Source: Alphaproteobacteria bacterium (GTDB lineage Bacteria > Pseudomonadota > Alphaproteobacteria > CAAGCB01 > CAG-977). From it: DNA of 64,000 nucleotides. Where the stretch lies: assembly GCA_017616015.1 (NCBI GenBank), contig JAFZYY010000029.1, forward strand, positions 2,101-66,100. The letters are read 5' to 3'. This document shows, one piece after another, positions 50,364-61,100 of this stretch. The notes under the pieces were generated by a model. It made no database searches. It saw only the letters and a list, made by a program, of their open reading frames with translations, and had not been told where the DNA came from. Made by a program: the position numbers and the translations under genes. Each line of letters starts with the position of its first letter. Positions within the stretch are counted from its first letter, which is position 1.

Positions 50364-50367
50364 AAAG

Positions 50368-51840
50368 ATGGGTTGGCGCGAAACGGAAAAAGATGAAGAT
50401 ATTCCTTACCTGTTTGCAGAACGTATTTTAACGGTTTCTTTGCCGACAGCGTTAATGTTAATTCTTTTGGTGCTGGCGGGAGAAGTTCAGCCCATATCGG
50501 CAGTTGTCGGTTTCGGAATGGTTGTCTGTCTGACGATCGTTTTGGCTCTGCCGTTTTTAAGAAAGCTGAAAAATTTAACGCAGTACGTTCATAAATTGGC
50601 GCAGGACGAAGATGTTTCCGATTTGCCGGTATTCAGTGAAAGGGACGAGGAATCCGTTCGTATCGTCGCGGCGATTAATCAGATGCGCAATATTTGGACA
50701 ACAAAAACGGAACATTTGGAAGCGCAGACTCTTTCCGACGCGGCGGTTTTGGACAGTCTGCCCGATCCGTTGCTGATGCTGGACGAAGAAGGCATCGTCA
50801 TCGGGGCAAATCTGGCAGCGCGCGAGCTGTTCGGTTTCAATGTCCGCGGGCAGACTTTGAAAACGCTGGTAGAATCTCAATATCTGCCGTTGGCTTTGGA
50901 TCGGATTTTGAACGAACAAACGCGTAAGGAAAATCTGGAAATTTTTTTGAAGCAAAAAGTCTTTAACGCCAAAATCGAACACTTGCCCGCCGAAGCCCGC
51001 GCGGGCGCCGTTGCCGTTTTGTCACTGTACGATATGACGGAAAGAAAACAGTTTGAGCAGATGCAAACGGACTTTATCGCAAACGCCAGTCACGAATTGC
51101 GCACGCCTTTGTCCGTGCTGTCCGGGTTTGTCGAAACGCTTCAGGGAATGCCCGATGAGGATAAAGAGGCGAGAAATCACTTTTTAGGCATCATGCAGAC
51201 GCAGGCGGGGCGCATGTCCGCCCTGATCGAAAGCTTGTTGTGTTTGTCCCGTTTGCAGATGAACGAAAAGCGGGAACTTTCGGAACAGATTGACATTCCC
51301 GAAATGTTGCCGGTCGTCAAGCAGATGTTGGACGCCAAAGCCGTTAAAACGGAAATGAATATCGTTTTGAAACCGTGCGCGCAGTCCGGAAAAATTTTAG
51401 GCAACACGAGCGAATTGAATCAAGTGTTTCAGAATTTAACGGACAACGCTTTAAAGTACGGCAAACCGGGCGGAAAAGTGACTGTTTCCTGCCGCGTTTT
51501 GCCTAATAACGGAATGCTTGACGAAAAAGCGCCGCAAATTTATGCCGTGTCCGTGCATAACACGGGCAATCCGATCGCGCCTGAAAATCTGCCGCATCTG
51601 TTCGAGCGTTTCTATCGGGTGGCCGAAACGAAAAACAAAGCGGTCGGCACAGGACTCGGGCTATCGATTGTCGAGCAGATCGTCAAGCATCACAACGGAC
51701 AGATTAAGGTGGAAAGCTCTATCGAAACGGGAACGGTCTTTACGGTGTATCTGCCGATGTATCCGCTTGATTCTTCTGAGGAAACTTCCGGTTCAGAAAC
51801 AACAGAACAACCAGTCCCGGCAGACTCAGAGCTGCCGTAA
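50368..51840 (+). CDS. Membrane sensor histidine kinase (PhoR-like: 2 TM, PAS, HisKA, HATPase), no adjacent response regulator
   Basis: H-box FIANASHELRTPL. N/G boxes (…NLTDNALKYG…GTGLGLSIV…). Confidence 0.75.
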   Translation: MGWRETEKDEDIPYLFAERILTVSLPTALMLILLVLAGEVQPISAVVGFGMVVCLTIVLALPFLRKLKNLTQYVHKLAQDEDVSDLPVFSERDEESVRIVAAINQMRNIWTTKTEHLEAQTLSDAAVLDSLPDPLLMLDEEGIVIGANLAARELFGFNVRGQTLKTLVESQYLPLALDRILNEQTRKENLEIFLKQKVFNAKIEHLPAEARAGAVAVLSLYDMTERKQFEQMQTDFIANASHELRTPLSVLSGFVETLQGMPDEDKEARNHFLGIMQTQAGRMSALIESLLCLSRLQMNEKRELSEQIDIPEMLPVVKQMLDAKAVKTEMNIVLKPCAQSGKILGNTSELNQVFQNLTDNALKYGKPGGKVTVSCRVLPNNGMLDEKAPQIYAVSVHNTGNPIAPENLPHLFERFYRVAETKNKAVGTGLGLSIVEQIVKHHNGQIKVESSIETGTVFTVYLPMYPLDSSEETSGSETTEQPVPADSELP

Positions 51841-53020
51841 TCGTAAAGAAAACGGGCCAGCTTGTATGATCGGCCAGCCAGCCGCTTGTCGATGACAGCA
51901 AATCGCGCGGCAGAGCCATTAAAGAGCTGAGCAAAGCGTACTGCGTCGCGGTATAGGCGGCGTTGCATAAAAATGACATGTACGCGACAAACGCCGAAGT
52001 CGCCATTGCGGACGCCAGATTGTCGGAAACAACGGAAATCATCAGCCACGTCATGCTGTTGCCCTGCGTTGCCAGATAAGCGAAAGGCAGGTTGCTGATT
52101 CCCTGCAAGATGCCGCAAATCAACAGACTGCGCATAATGCCGCACCTGACGACGATGACGCCGCCGATGAAGCCGCCCGCAAGCGTCGCGATAATGCCGT
52201 ACAATTTAACGACTGTCGCAATCTGCGCATAGGTGAATCCCATTTCCATATAGAACGGGGACGTCATCGTGCCGAGCGTCGTTTCGCACAATTTATAAAG
52301 CATAATAAACAGGATAATCAGATACCAGCCCGGACGGGAAACAAAGTCTTTAATCGGAGCGACGACGGCTGTTTTGAAAAAGTTTTCCTGTGAGTTGATT
52401 TCTTTTTTAGCCAAAGGCTCTTTGACGATCAAAATGGTGGCAATGCCGATTAATCCGGACAACGCCAGAACGGTATAGACATTTTCCCATGACATGACCT
52501 CCGCCATGTAAAGCGCGCCCGCGCCGGCGGCCAGCATACCGATTCTGTACCCGAAAACGAAACAGCCCGATGCCGCCCCCTGATCCTGCGGTTCGAAATC
52601 CTCGACGCGGAAAGCGTCCAGAACGATGTCCTGCGAAGCGGAAAAGAAAGCGACGGCAACCGCGCATATTCCCGTCAAAGTGGGATTGACGGCCGGATTT
52701 GTCCGGATTAAAGCCAACAGGCTGAGCATCAGGCAAATCTGGAACAAAATCGCCCAGGATCGCCGTTGTCCCAAAGCGTTTGTTAAAACGGGGATTTTAC
52801 AGCGGTCGACATAGGGCGCCCACAGAAACTTAAAACTGTACGGAAAACGCGTTAAAGAAAACAACGCAATGTCCGTTTTCGACACGCCTTTGCTTGTTAG
52901 CCAGTAGGCCAGAGTGGACAGCAGCAAAATCAAAGGCAGACCGCTGAAGAAGCCTAAAACGGCCATCACAATCATTTTCGGGTTGCGGTAGACGCTGATC
53001 GAGGCTTTCCAACTTTTCAT
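51740..53020 (-). CDS. ampG: AmpG-family muropeptide MFS permease
   Basis: …GFFSGLPLILLLSTLAYWLTSKGVSKTDIALFSLTRFPYSFKFLWAPYVD… 426 aa. The 3' end overlaps the convergent kinase gene by about 100 nt. Confidence 0.75.
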   Translation of the reverse strand: MKSWKASISVYRNPKMIVMAVLGFFSGLPLILLLSTLAYWLTSKGVSKTDIALFSLTRFPYSFKFLWAPYVDRCKIPVLTNALGQRRSWAILFQICLMLSLLALIRTNPAVNPTLTGICAVAVAFFSASQDIVLDAFRVEDFEPQDQGAASGCFVFGYRIGMLAAGAGALYMAEVMSWENVYTVLALSGLIGIATILIVKEPLAKKEINSQENFFKTAVVAPIKDFVSRPGWYLIILFIMLYKLCETTLGTMTSPFYMEMGFTYAQIATVVKLYGIIATLAGGFIGGVIVVRCGIMRSLLICGILQGISNLPFAYLATQGNSMTWLMISVVSDNLASAMATSAFVAYMSFLCNAAYTATQYALLSSLMALPRDLLSSTSGWLADHTSWPVFFTITAALSLPGLVVLLFLNRKFPQKNQADTSADTP

Positions 53021-54850
53021 CTATTCCTCGTCCATTTGCGCGCGTTTGTTCGCGTCGCGCTTGCGCAGGTTTGTGTCCAGAATCGCTTTGCGCAGGCGGA
53101 ATGTTTTAGGCGTCACTTCAACCAGCTCGTCCTCCTGAATATAAGCCAGAGCCTCTTCCAGACTCATTTTGATCGGCGGAATCAGCTGAATGTTTTCGTC
53201 TTTGGCCGCCGCGCGGATATTTGTCAGGTGTTTTGTTTTGATCGGGTTGACCTCAATATCGTTCGATTTGGTGTGCTCGCCGACGATCATGCCTTCGTAC
53301 ACGGCGTCGCCCGGATCAATGAACATCGGGCCGCGGTCCTCCAGTTTCCACAAAGCGTAGGCGACGGCGACGCCGTTGTCGGTCGATACCAGAACGCCCG
53401 TTCTTCTGCTCGGAATGGAACCTTTATACGGTTGATAGCTGTGGAACAGCTTGTTCATCACGCCCGTGCCGCAGGTGTCGGTCAGAAACTGCGAATGATA
53501 GCCGATCAGGCTTCGGGACGGGACAAGGAACGTAATGCGGGTCTTGTTGCCGCCCGACGGCCGCATATCTGTCATTTCGGCGCGGCGTTCCCCGAGCTTT
53601 TCGCAAACCGTTCCGACATATTGATCGTCCACGTCGACGATGACTTCTTCAATCGGTTCCAGTTTTTTGCCGGAAACGGGGTCGACCTGCATTAAAACGC
53701 GCGGGCGGCTGATTGACAGCTCGAAGCCTTCGCGGCGCATTTGTTCGATTAAGATGCCCAGCTGCAATTCGCCGCGGCCGGCGACTTCGAAAGCGTCGGT
53801 TGATTCCGTGCGGGAAACGCGCAGAGCGACGTTGCCTTCCGCCTCTTTTTGCAATCTGTCCCAAATTACGCGGGACGTCACTTTATCGCCGTCTTTGCCG
53901 GCCAGAGGCGATGTGTTGATCGAAAACGTCATCGCCAAAGTCGGCGGGTCGATCGGTTGCGCGGCGATCGGCGTCGTCACGGATTGATCGCACAGCGTGT
54001 CCGCGACGGTCGCTTTCGTCAGTCCGGCCAGAGCGACGATGTCGCCGGCGAAAGCTTCTTCCAGTCCCGTGCGTTTTAATCCGCGGAAAGCCAGAATTTT
54101 ACTGACACGAGCCGTTTCGATCGTTTTGCCGTCCCGTCCGATCGCTTTGATCATCGAGTTGACTTTGACCGATCCGGAATGGATTTTGCCTGTCAGGATA
54201 CGGCCGACGAACGGATCGTTTTCAATCGCCGTAACCAACAAAGAGAAGGGACCGTGCGGGTCGCATTTCGGCGGCGGCACATAGTCCATAATCAAATCAA
54301 ATAAAGGCGCGATGGAATCACGGGGATCCTTGTCCAGATCCTTGACCGCCCAGCCTTCGCGACCGGAAGCGTACAGCACGGGAAAATCCAGTTGTTCGTC
54401 CGTCGCGTCCAAAGAGGCAAACAAATCGAAGACTTCTTCGTAAACTTCCTGAGGGCGGGCATCGGGACGATCGACTTTGTTGATGACGACGATCGGCTTC
54501 AGTCCGACTTTCAGCGCCTTGCTGACGACGAATTTTGTCTGAGGCAGAGGTCCTTCCGCCGCGTCGACCAGAACGATGGCCGAATCAACCATATCCAGAA
54601 TGCGTTCGACTTCGCCGCCGAAATCGGCGTGCCCCGGTGTGTCGACGATATTAAACCGTGCGCCTTTCCATTCGACGGACGTACACTTGGCTAAAATCGT
54701 GATGCCGCGTTCGCGCTCCAAATCGTTGGAATCCAAAGCGCGCTCGGCGACAACCTGATTGTCGCGGAAAGTGCCGCTTTGGCGCAGCATGGTGTCGACC
54801 AGAGTTGTTTTGCCGTGGTCAACGTGGGCAATAATCGCAATATTACGCAT
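53021..54850 (-). CDS. typA: Translational GTPase TypA/BipA
   Basis: [19 protein letters not shown], the EF-G-like GTPase family. About 609 aa. Confidence 0.9.
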   Translation of the reverse strand: MRNIAIIAHVDHGKTTLVDTMLRQSGTFRDNQVVAERALDSNDLERERGITILAKCTSVEWKGARFNIVDTPGHADFGGEVERILDMVDSAIVLVDAAEGPLPQTKFVVSKALKVGLKPIVVINKVDRPDARPQEVYEEVFDLFASLDATDEQLDFPVLYASGREGWAVKDLDKDPRDSIAPLFDLIMDYVPPPKCDPHGPFSLLVTAIENDPFVGRILTGKIHSGSVKVNSMIKAIGRDGKTIETARVSKILAFRGLKRTGLEEAFAGDIVALAGLTKATVADTLCDQSVTTPIAAQPIDPPTLAMTFSINTSPLAGKDGDKVTSRVIWDRLQKEAEGNVALRVSRTESTDAFEVAGRGELQLGILIEQMRREGFELSISRPRVLMQVDPVSGKKLEPIEEVIVDVDDQYVGTVCEKLGERRAEMTDMRPSGGNKTRITFLVPSRSLIGYHSQFLTDTCGTGVMNKLFHSYQPYKGSIPSRRTGVLVSTDNGVAVAYALWKLEDRGPMFIDPGDAVYEGMIVGEHTKSNDIEVNPIKTKHLTNIRAAAKDENIQLIPPIKMSLEEALAYIQEDELVEVTPKTFRLRKAILDTNLRKRDANKRAQMDEE

Positions 54851-55015
54851 AGGAAGACTTCTTTGTTTAAACAAAAACTTTTATATGTATGCTTTTTAAG
54901 GATTATTGTTCTTTTTGTCAATTCCAGACAGCGGCGAATCGCCGCATTTTTTTAATGCGTCCGACAACAGGCGGATATATACTGAAATCCGCCGATAAAT
55001 TAAAAGGAGGATTTT

Positions 55016-55558
55016 ATGTTCCGTTTGCCGTTTGTTGCTTTATTGTCGCTTTTATCTTTCCCGTGTCTGGCAGAAACTCTGACGGAACAGTTTTCCCGTA
55101 TGGATTTGAACAAGGACGGCTTTTTATCCGAACAGGAATTTATCCAAGGCATGAAACAGCCTCAGGCGGGCATTCCGCATACGGAAGAAGCGCCGGCTAT
55201 GGAAGAAATGTCTGATGCCGAAAAGCAAAAACTGGTTGATGAATCCGTGGCTGAAGCAAGAAAAATGTTGCCGTTCAAAGTGGATCAGGCAACGACTTGG
55301 ACAGAGGTTTACGGCAGAAAAAACGAAATTCATTATGTTTATCGTATAGAAATGGACATTAGCGCCATGCCGGAAGCGCAAGCCAACCTGATGCGGCCGG
55401 TTCTGGAAGCGCAAATCTGTCCGAAAGTCCAGCCGGCAATGTGCGGAATTGCTAATGACACATTACTGAAAAACGGTATTTCTATGATTTCGCATTATAA
55501 CGATAAAACCGGCACTCCGTTGGCAGAATGCCGCTTTACAAAAGAAAGTTGTCAGTAA
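55016..55558 (+). CDS. Secreted EF-hand-containing hypothetical protein
   Basis: Signal peptide MFRLPFVALLSLLSFPCLA. EF-hand loop DLNKDGFLSEQE. 180 aa. AAAAGGAGGA RBS. Confidence 0.45.
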   Translation: MFRLPFVALLSLLSFPCLAETLTEQFSRMDLNKDGFLSEQEFIQGMKQPQAGIPHTEEAPAMEEMSDAEKQKLVDESVAEARKMLPFKVDQATTWTEVYGRKNEIHYVYRIEMDISAMPEAQANLMRPVLEAQICPKVQPAMCGIANDTLLKNGISMISHYNDKTGTPLAECRFTKESCQ

Positions 55559-55561
55559 ATC

Positions 55562-56560
55562 CTAACCGACTTTTTTGGCGATCAGTTCGCTTAACGACGT
55601 CTCGGGACGCGCGCCGTAATGAGAAATGATTTCCGCCGCGGCCAAAGCGCCCATTTGCAGACATTCGGGAACTGTTTTGTCTTTTGCGAATCCTGTTAAG
55701 AAACCGGCGGCGAACAAATCGCCCGCGCCTGTCGTATCAATGACGGCATTGATCGGTTCGGCGGGAATTTCATGACGCTGTTTGCCGCAGACGGCGACAG
55801 CTCCGTCGGCACCGCGCGTAATGACAACGATTTCGCATAACTCTTCGCATTTTGCGAAGGCTTCTTCCGGATCCGTCGTGCTGAACAGCGCTTTGATTTC
55901 GTCTTCGTTGCAAAACAGAATATCGACACCGCTTTTAATCAGAGTCAGAAAGCTGTCGCGGTGACGGTTGACGCAAAACGGATCGGATAAAGACAAAGAA
56001 ACCTTGCGGTTGTGCTTGCGAGCCAATTCGACGGCATAAGTCAAAGCGTCTTTGGCTTCTGGTCTGTCCCACAGATACCCTTCCATATAGACGATTTTCG
56101 CTTCGCGTATCAGGTCTTCGTCAATATCTTTACGGGAAAGTTTGGAACATGCCCCCAAATAAGTATTCATCGTTCTTTGAGCGTCGGGGGAAACGATGAC
56201 CATGCAGCGCGCGGTCGGCTTTTCGTTTTCCAGACACGGAGTCGTGAAATAAACGCCGGATTCGGTAATGTCTTTTCTGAAAACTTCGCCTAATTTGTCG
56301 TCGGCGACTTTGCCGATAAAAGCCGGCTTTCCGCCCAACGCCGCGATGCCGACCGCCGTATTGGCCGCCGATCCGCCGGAACATTCGACACCCTTCTGCG
56401 CAATATTGTGATAAATCGTTTCCGCAGAAGACGCGTCAATTAACGTCATCATTCCTTTAGGCATATTGTGCTTTGTTAAAAACTCGTCGTCCATGTTGGC
56501 CAATACGTCAACCATCGCGTTACCGATAGCGACAACATCAAAACGGGTCAGAGCGTTCAT
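55562..56560 (-). CDS. PfkB-family kinase, adenosine-kinase-like
   Basis: …VVAIGNAMVDVL… N-terminus and C-terminal …TGAGDLFAAGFL… anion-hole motif. Confidence 0.75.
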   Translation of the reverse strand: MNALTRFDVVAIGNAMVDVLANMDDEFLTKHNMPKGMMTLIDASSAETIYHNIAQKGVECSGGSAANTAVGIAALGGKPAFIGKVADDKLGEVFRKDITESGVYFTTPCLENEKPTARCMVIVSPDAQRTMNTYLGACSKLSRKDIDEDLIREAKIVYMEGYLWDRPEAKDALTYAVELARKHNRKVSLSLSDPFCVNRHRDSFLTLIKSGVDILFCNEDEIKALFSTTDPEEAFAKCEELCEIVVITRGADGAVAVCGKQRHEIPAEPINAVIDTTGAGDLFAAGFLTGFAKDKTVPECLQMGALAAAEIISHYGARPETSLSELIAKKVG

Positions 56561-56665
56561 TTAAAACCTCCGTATGGGGTTAACGTGCAAATGCAGTATA
56601 AAGAAACTTACAATTCAGGCAAGACTCTGTTACAAAAATAGAAAAACTTTTTTGGGAAAAAAGCA

Positions 56666-57352
56666 ATGTTTTCAGAATTAAAGAGTGCGATTAAAGATGT
56701 TTTTTCAAATAAAATCAGAGGGTTGTTGTTTCGATCCGTTCTTCTGACTCTGGCTGTGTTCGTTGTTTTGTTTTTCGGTTTTTCCTATGCGATGTCGTTT
56801 GTTGAACTGACGGATTGGCCTAAAGTGCAAAAAATGGTGAAAGCGCTCGGATACATTATGTTTTTTATTCTTTCTTTGGTTCTTTTCCCGTCGATTGTCA
56901 CGTTTGTTTCAGGATTCTTTATCGACTCGGTGGTAGACCGCATGTCTGCTGAAAACGATATTCACAGACTGCGGAATGTTCCGTTGTCGGAAAGTCTGGC
57001 CGTTTCCGGAGTAGTCGTTTTTAAAGGAATTGCTTTGTCAACGTTGCTTATTCCTATTACTGCACTGTTGGGGTGGATTCCTTTTGTGAATTTTCTGCCC
57101 GTCGTTTTGTATTACGGGCTGAACGGCCGGTTGTTGGCGCGGGAATATTTTTTCGCCGTCGCTTTGCGTTATATGGAAAAGCAAAAAGCGGAAGACCTTT
57201 TTAACCGTTATCATGTATATTGGGTAAAAGCGGGGGTTATTATCGCGGTATTAATGACCATTCCTGTGGCAAACGCAATAGCGCCGCTGGTCGCAATGGC
57301 GTTTATGCAAAGATTGTTTTTAATCAGGAATCCGGATCGGGAAACGGTATGA
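56666..57352 (+). CDS. CysZ/EI24-family membrane protein
   Basis: 228 aa with four hydrophobic helices in the CysZ-like pattern. Confidence 0.5.
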   Translation: MFSELKSAIKDVFSNKIRGLLFRSVLLTLAVFVVLFFGFSYAMSFVELTDWPKVQKMVKALGYIMFFILSLVLFPSIVTFVSGFFIDSVVDRMSAENDIHRLRNVPLSESLAVSGVVVFKGIALSTLLIPITALLGWIPFVNFLPVVLYYGLNGRLLAREYFFAVALRYMEKQKAEDLFNRYHVYWVKAGVIIAVLMTIPVANAIAPLVAMAFMQRLFLIRNPDRETV

Positions 57353-57738
57353 AAAAGAGTTTGTTTCTGATTTTTGTTTTTTGTCTTATGGCGGCGGGGT
57401 GCGTTTCGGAAAACAACGCTTCAACCGAACCGGCGGCAGGCGCCGTCGAACATATACCGGCGCCGAAACCGGAAGTCGTTATTCGTTCCGGACGCAAGGA
57501 TCCTTTGCTGAAGGCGGATTATGTATTGGAAATTCTCGGCCGGCCGGCGGTAAGGCGGTATGAGAAACCGTCCGAAGTCTGGGTTTATCCGCAGGAAGGG
57601 TGCGTTTTATTCGTTTATATGGCGGATCAGGAGGACGGATCAAAACTGGTGCGGCATATGGAAATCGGCACGCCTACCTTTAAAACCAAAGAAAAAGATT
57701 CCGTGCCGTGTCTGAAGGAAGCCGTTAAATTAAGATAA
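57349..57738 (+). CDS. Small hypothetical lipoprotein
   Basis: MKKSLFLIFVFCLMAAGC lipobox. ATGA overlap with the upstream gene. About 129 aa. Confidence 0.45.
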   Translation: MKKSLFLIFVFCLMAAGCVSENNASTEPAAGAVEHIPAPKPEVVIRSGRKDPLLKADYVLEILGRPAVRRYEKPSEVWVYPQEGCVLFVYMADQEDGSKLVRHMEIGTPTFKTKEKDSVPCLKEAVKLR

Positions 57739-57741
57739 TAA

Positions 57742-57767
57742 AAAAGCCTCCGTTCCGGGAGGCTTTT
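57742..57767. terminator. Bidirectional intrinsic terminator between the lipoprotein gene and trxA
   Basis: AAAAGCCTCCcgttccGGGAGGCTTTT. Confidence 0.65.
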
Positions 57768-57770
57768 AAA

Positions 57771-58088
57771 TTACATCTGTTCGTTAATCCAGGCGGACAA
57801 CTTTGATTTTGTGATACCGCCGGAATGCGTGGCGACCGCTTCGCCGCCTTTGAACAGCATTAAAGTCGGAAGTCCGCGGACGCCCAGATTTGTCGGCGTT
57901 TCGGGGGATTCTTCGATGTTCATTTTGACGACTTTCAATTTTGTTTCGCCGATTTCTTTGGAAACTTCTTCCAAAACAGGCGACAGCTGACGGCACGGAG
58001 AGCACCATTCGGCATAAAAATCAACAAGAACAGGAAGGTCGGAGTTTTTAACTTCAGTGGCGAATTCGTTATCTTTGATTATTTTCAT
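57771..58088 (-). CDS. trxA: Thioredoxin with atypical CSPC active site
   Basis: …VLVDFYAEWCSPCRQLSPVLEEV… 105 aa. Lies downstream of addA on the same strand, as in many alphaproteobacteria. Confidence 0.85.
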   Translation of the reverse strand: MKIIKDNEFATEVKNSDLPVLVDFYAEWCSPCRQLSPVLEEVSKEIGETKLKVVKMNIEESPETPTNLGVRGLPTLMLFKGGEAVATHSGGITKSKLSAWINEQM

Positions 58089-58149
58089 CGGAGCTTTCCT
58101 TTCTGTAAAAAAATATCTTGTCTATATATAGGGGCGTTTTCGGAAACGG

Positions 58150-61100
58150 TCAATACTCCGTTGTGTCACAGACGACAGATGTGATTTCAATCAATTTAGG
58201 GGCTTCCGTCCACAGAAGAAAGCATCTGACTTTTTTATCGGGATAGATTTTTTCCATAACGGCTTTATACGCCGCCATCTGCCGGATATAAGCGACGGGC
58301 GTTTTTTCAGCCGAATCGGGAATCGATCGCCCCGTTTTATAGTCTATCAGACGGACTTCCGTATCCGATACGGAAACGCGATCGATCTGCCCGTTGATGA
58401 CGCGGTTGCCGATAACGCCGGAGACCGGGACTTCCGCCAAAGAAGGCAAAGCGAACAGCTCCGCCGTTGCGGGCGCGTTCATTAAATCAAGGACGGAGTC
58501 CGTCGTTTGTTTCTGTTCCGTTTCGGTTGCTTCCGGCATCTGCAAAGCGATAAGCCGTTGAGCTGCCGCAAGACGATCTTTTGCGGCATAGTTCGGCAGG
58601 ATTTCCAGTAAAGCATGGACAAGACGCCCGCGTTTCATCGCGGCGATCCGGCCTTGAGTTAAGGGCGACAGAGGCGCGGGTTCTTCAACGTCGGGACGCG
58701 ACGGCGCCAGCGGTCGGGGCGGCGTCGGTTCCGCCGGAGCCTCTTTGTCGATCCAGTCGGGCAGAGGAGCGGTTTCGCACGCGGCCGAAACCTGTTCTTT
58801 TTGTTCCGGCGGCACTTCCTGCGCCGAAGTCAGACGCAAAACAGGATCGTCAAACAAGTCTGTTTTTATTTCCTGCGCGCGGGTTTCCAGGCCGCCTTTG
58901 ACCAAATCGTACCAGTTTCCTTCGGCAAGTTTCTTTTTGTCCCACCCCGTGATATAAAGCCTGTCCGCCGCGCGCGTCAAAGCGACATACAACAGACGGT
59001 TATATTCGCGTTTGTTCTTTTCTCTTTGTTTTTCGATGTCTTCGCGGATTAAATCGGTGCGCCATTCGGCTTTCGGCGACCAGAAAAACAGATCTCCGTC
59101 CATATCGTCCCTTTCTTTGATCCAGAAAGTCTTGGGCGAAAAGAACGTCATTTGCCGCGTGTCGGGCAAAAATACGACGGGCGCCTGTAATCCTTTTGCC
59201 GCGTGAACGGTCATAATACGAACGACGTCTCCGGACTGTTCGGGATCGCGTTTGATTTCGATTTCGTTTTGCCTCAGGCTGTTTAAAAAGTTTTGCAACG
59301 ACGGCGGTTCGGACAAATCGTGCCGTAAAGCCAGAGATAAAAACTCGTCCAAAGCGTCCAACGCCTGTACGCCCAGACGGGAAACAAAAGCTTTCTGTTT
59401 GCCCAGCGGCCCCAGAATATAGGAATACAGTTCATAGGGGCGCATCTTGTCGACTCTGGCAAGTAAATCCTTCAGAAACAGATACGCTTTGCCAAGCGGC
59501 GTTTCAGGCTTGTCTTCATAAGTTTTCAACCGGTCGAATAAAGTCGTTTCGCCGCGTCCGTAGGCCAAAGCGAACAGGTCTTTTTCCGAAACGCCGTCAA
59601 GCGGCATATTCAACCGTTTCGCCTTTGCCAGATCTTCTTCGGACAAATCGTCAGCGGAAATTCCGCAGAGGGGAGAGCGCAGAACGGTGGCTAAAGAAAG
59701 GTCGTCCTGCGGCAGTAAAAGAACGTCTCCTAAAGCCATCAGGTCTTTGACAGCGATGTGCGACGTGATTTTTAAACGGTCGACGCCGGCGACGGAAACG
59801 CCTCTGGTTTTCAATTCGCGCGACAAATCGGCAATGAATTCATTACGGCGGCGGACTAAAATCAGAATGTCGCCCGCCCGTATCGGCCGGCCTTCGGATT
59901 CCAGTATTTCTTTTGAAGAAATCATGTCGGCGATCTTCTGTGCGATTTTTGCCGCCAGGCGCGCGGAAGACGTTTGCGAAAATACGCGTTCGACCGGTTT
60001 GGTGAACGCTTTTTCCGTATCGTTTGTTTGCGTTTTCTCTGTCGGCCACAGTTCGGTTAGTCCGGCTTGTCCTTTGCGCCAGGAAATATGCGTGACGTTC
60101 TCGTTTTCTTCCGCGACGCCGTTTCTGGCGGGCGGGTTTTGCAGAACGGAATTGACCGCGTCGATCACCGCGGGAACGGAGCGGAAGGAAATATACATCG
60201 GCACGTCATTCCATTTTTTTCCGGCCGTTTCGACTTTTTCTTTAAAGAAGCAGCGCATATTTTCGAATTCTTCCGGCACGGCGCCCTGAAAACTGAAAAT
60301 CGACTGCTTTTTGTCGCCGACGGCAAATAAAGTTCTGTTCGTGTGCCGCAGACCGGAGCCTGCGAAAAATTCGTCCGCCAAAGCTTTGATGATTGCCCAT
60401 TGATCGGGGCTGGTGTCCTGCGCTTCGTCAACCAGAATGTGATCGATGCCGCCGTCCAGCTTGAACAGCACCCATGCCGCCGCGTTCGATCCGTTCAGCA
60501 GGGCTTTGGTCGCGGCGATCAAATCGTCGTAGTCCATTACGCCCCGATCGTTTTTCAAAGCGGTATAGCGGCTTAAAATCGCGGAACCGATTCGGAATAA
60601 CGCCAAAGACAAAGGTAAATTTTCAAGCCGTTTCAAACGCCGGAGCAATCGTTCGGCTCTGTTTGCTTCTGCGATCATTATCGGCTCCGCGGCTTTTGAA
60701 TCTTTATGGGTTAAGTTTTTGGGAGATTTGATTTCTCCGTCCGCTTTTAAGAAAACTTTCAGATAAGCGTCCAGAATATCCGGTTCTCCTTCTAAAAAAC
60801 GACAGATAACGGCGGCGTTGTTTCTGTCTGTATCGCAGGAAGACGACAGAATGGCCGCCGCTTGTTTTAAATCGTTTCGTCGGTCTTCGCTTAACCGGCA
60901 AAAATCCTGTTTTAAAGTATCCGTCGTGCTTCCTGCCGGTAAATCCAGTTTTTTTTCATAAGCGGCATACATTTCCGTTTCAGAGGAAAAACGGGCGGCA
61001 ATCCGTTTTAAATCCGCCAGATGCGCTGTCATTTCCGTTAAGACGTCCAGAAATCCGTCTTCGGTTGTAACGTTTGTCACCGTTTCCAGATCGGTTTCGT

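Noticed and set aside
53036-53695. 219-aa plus-strand ORF opposite typA, plus several 60-115-aa ORFs in typA alternate frames
   Set aside because: typA/bipA is unambiguous on the minus strand. These are frame shadows.
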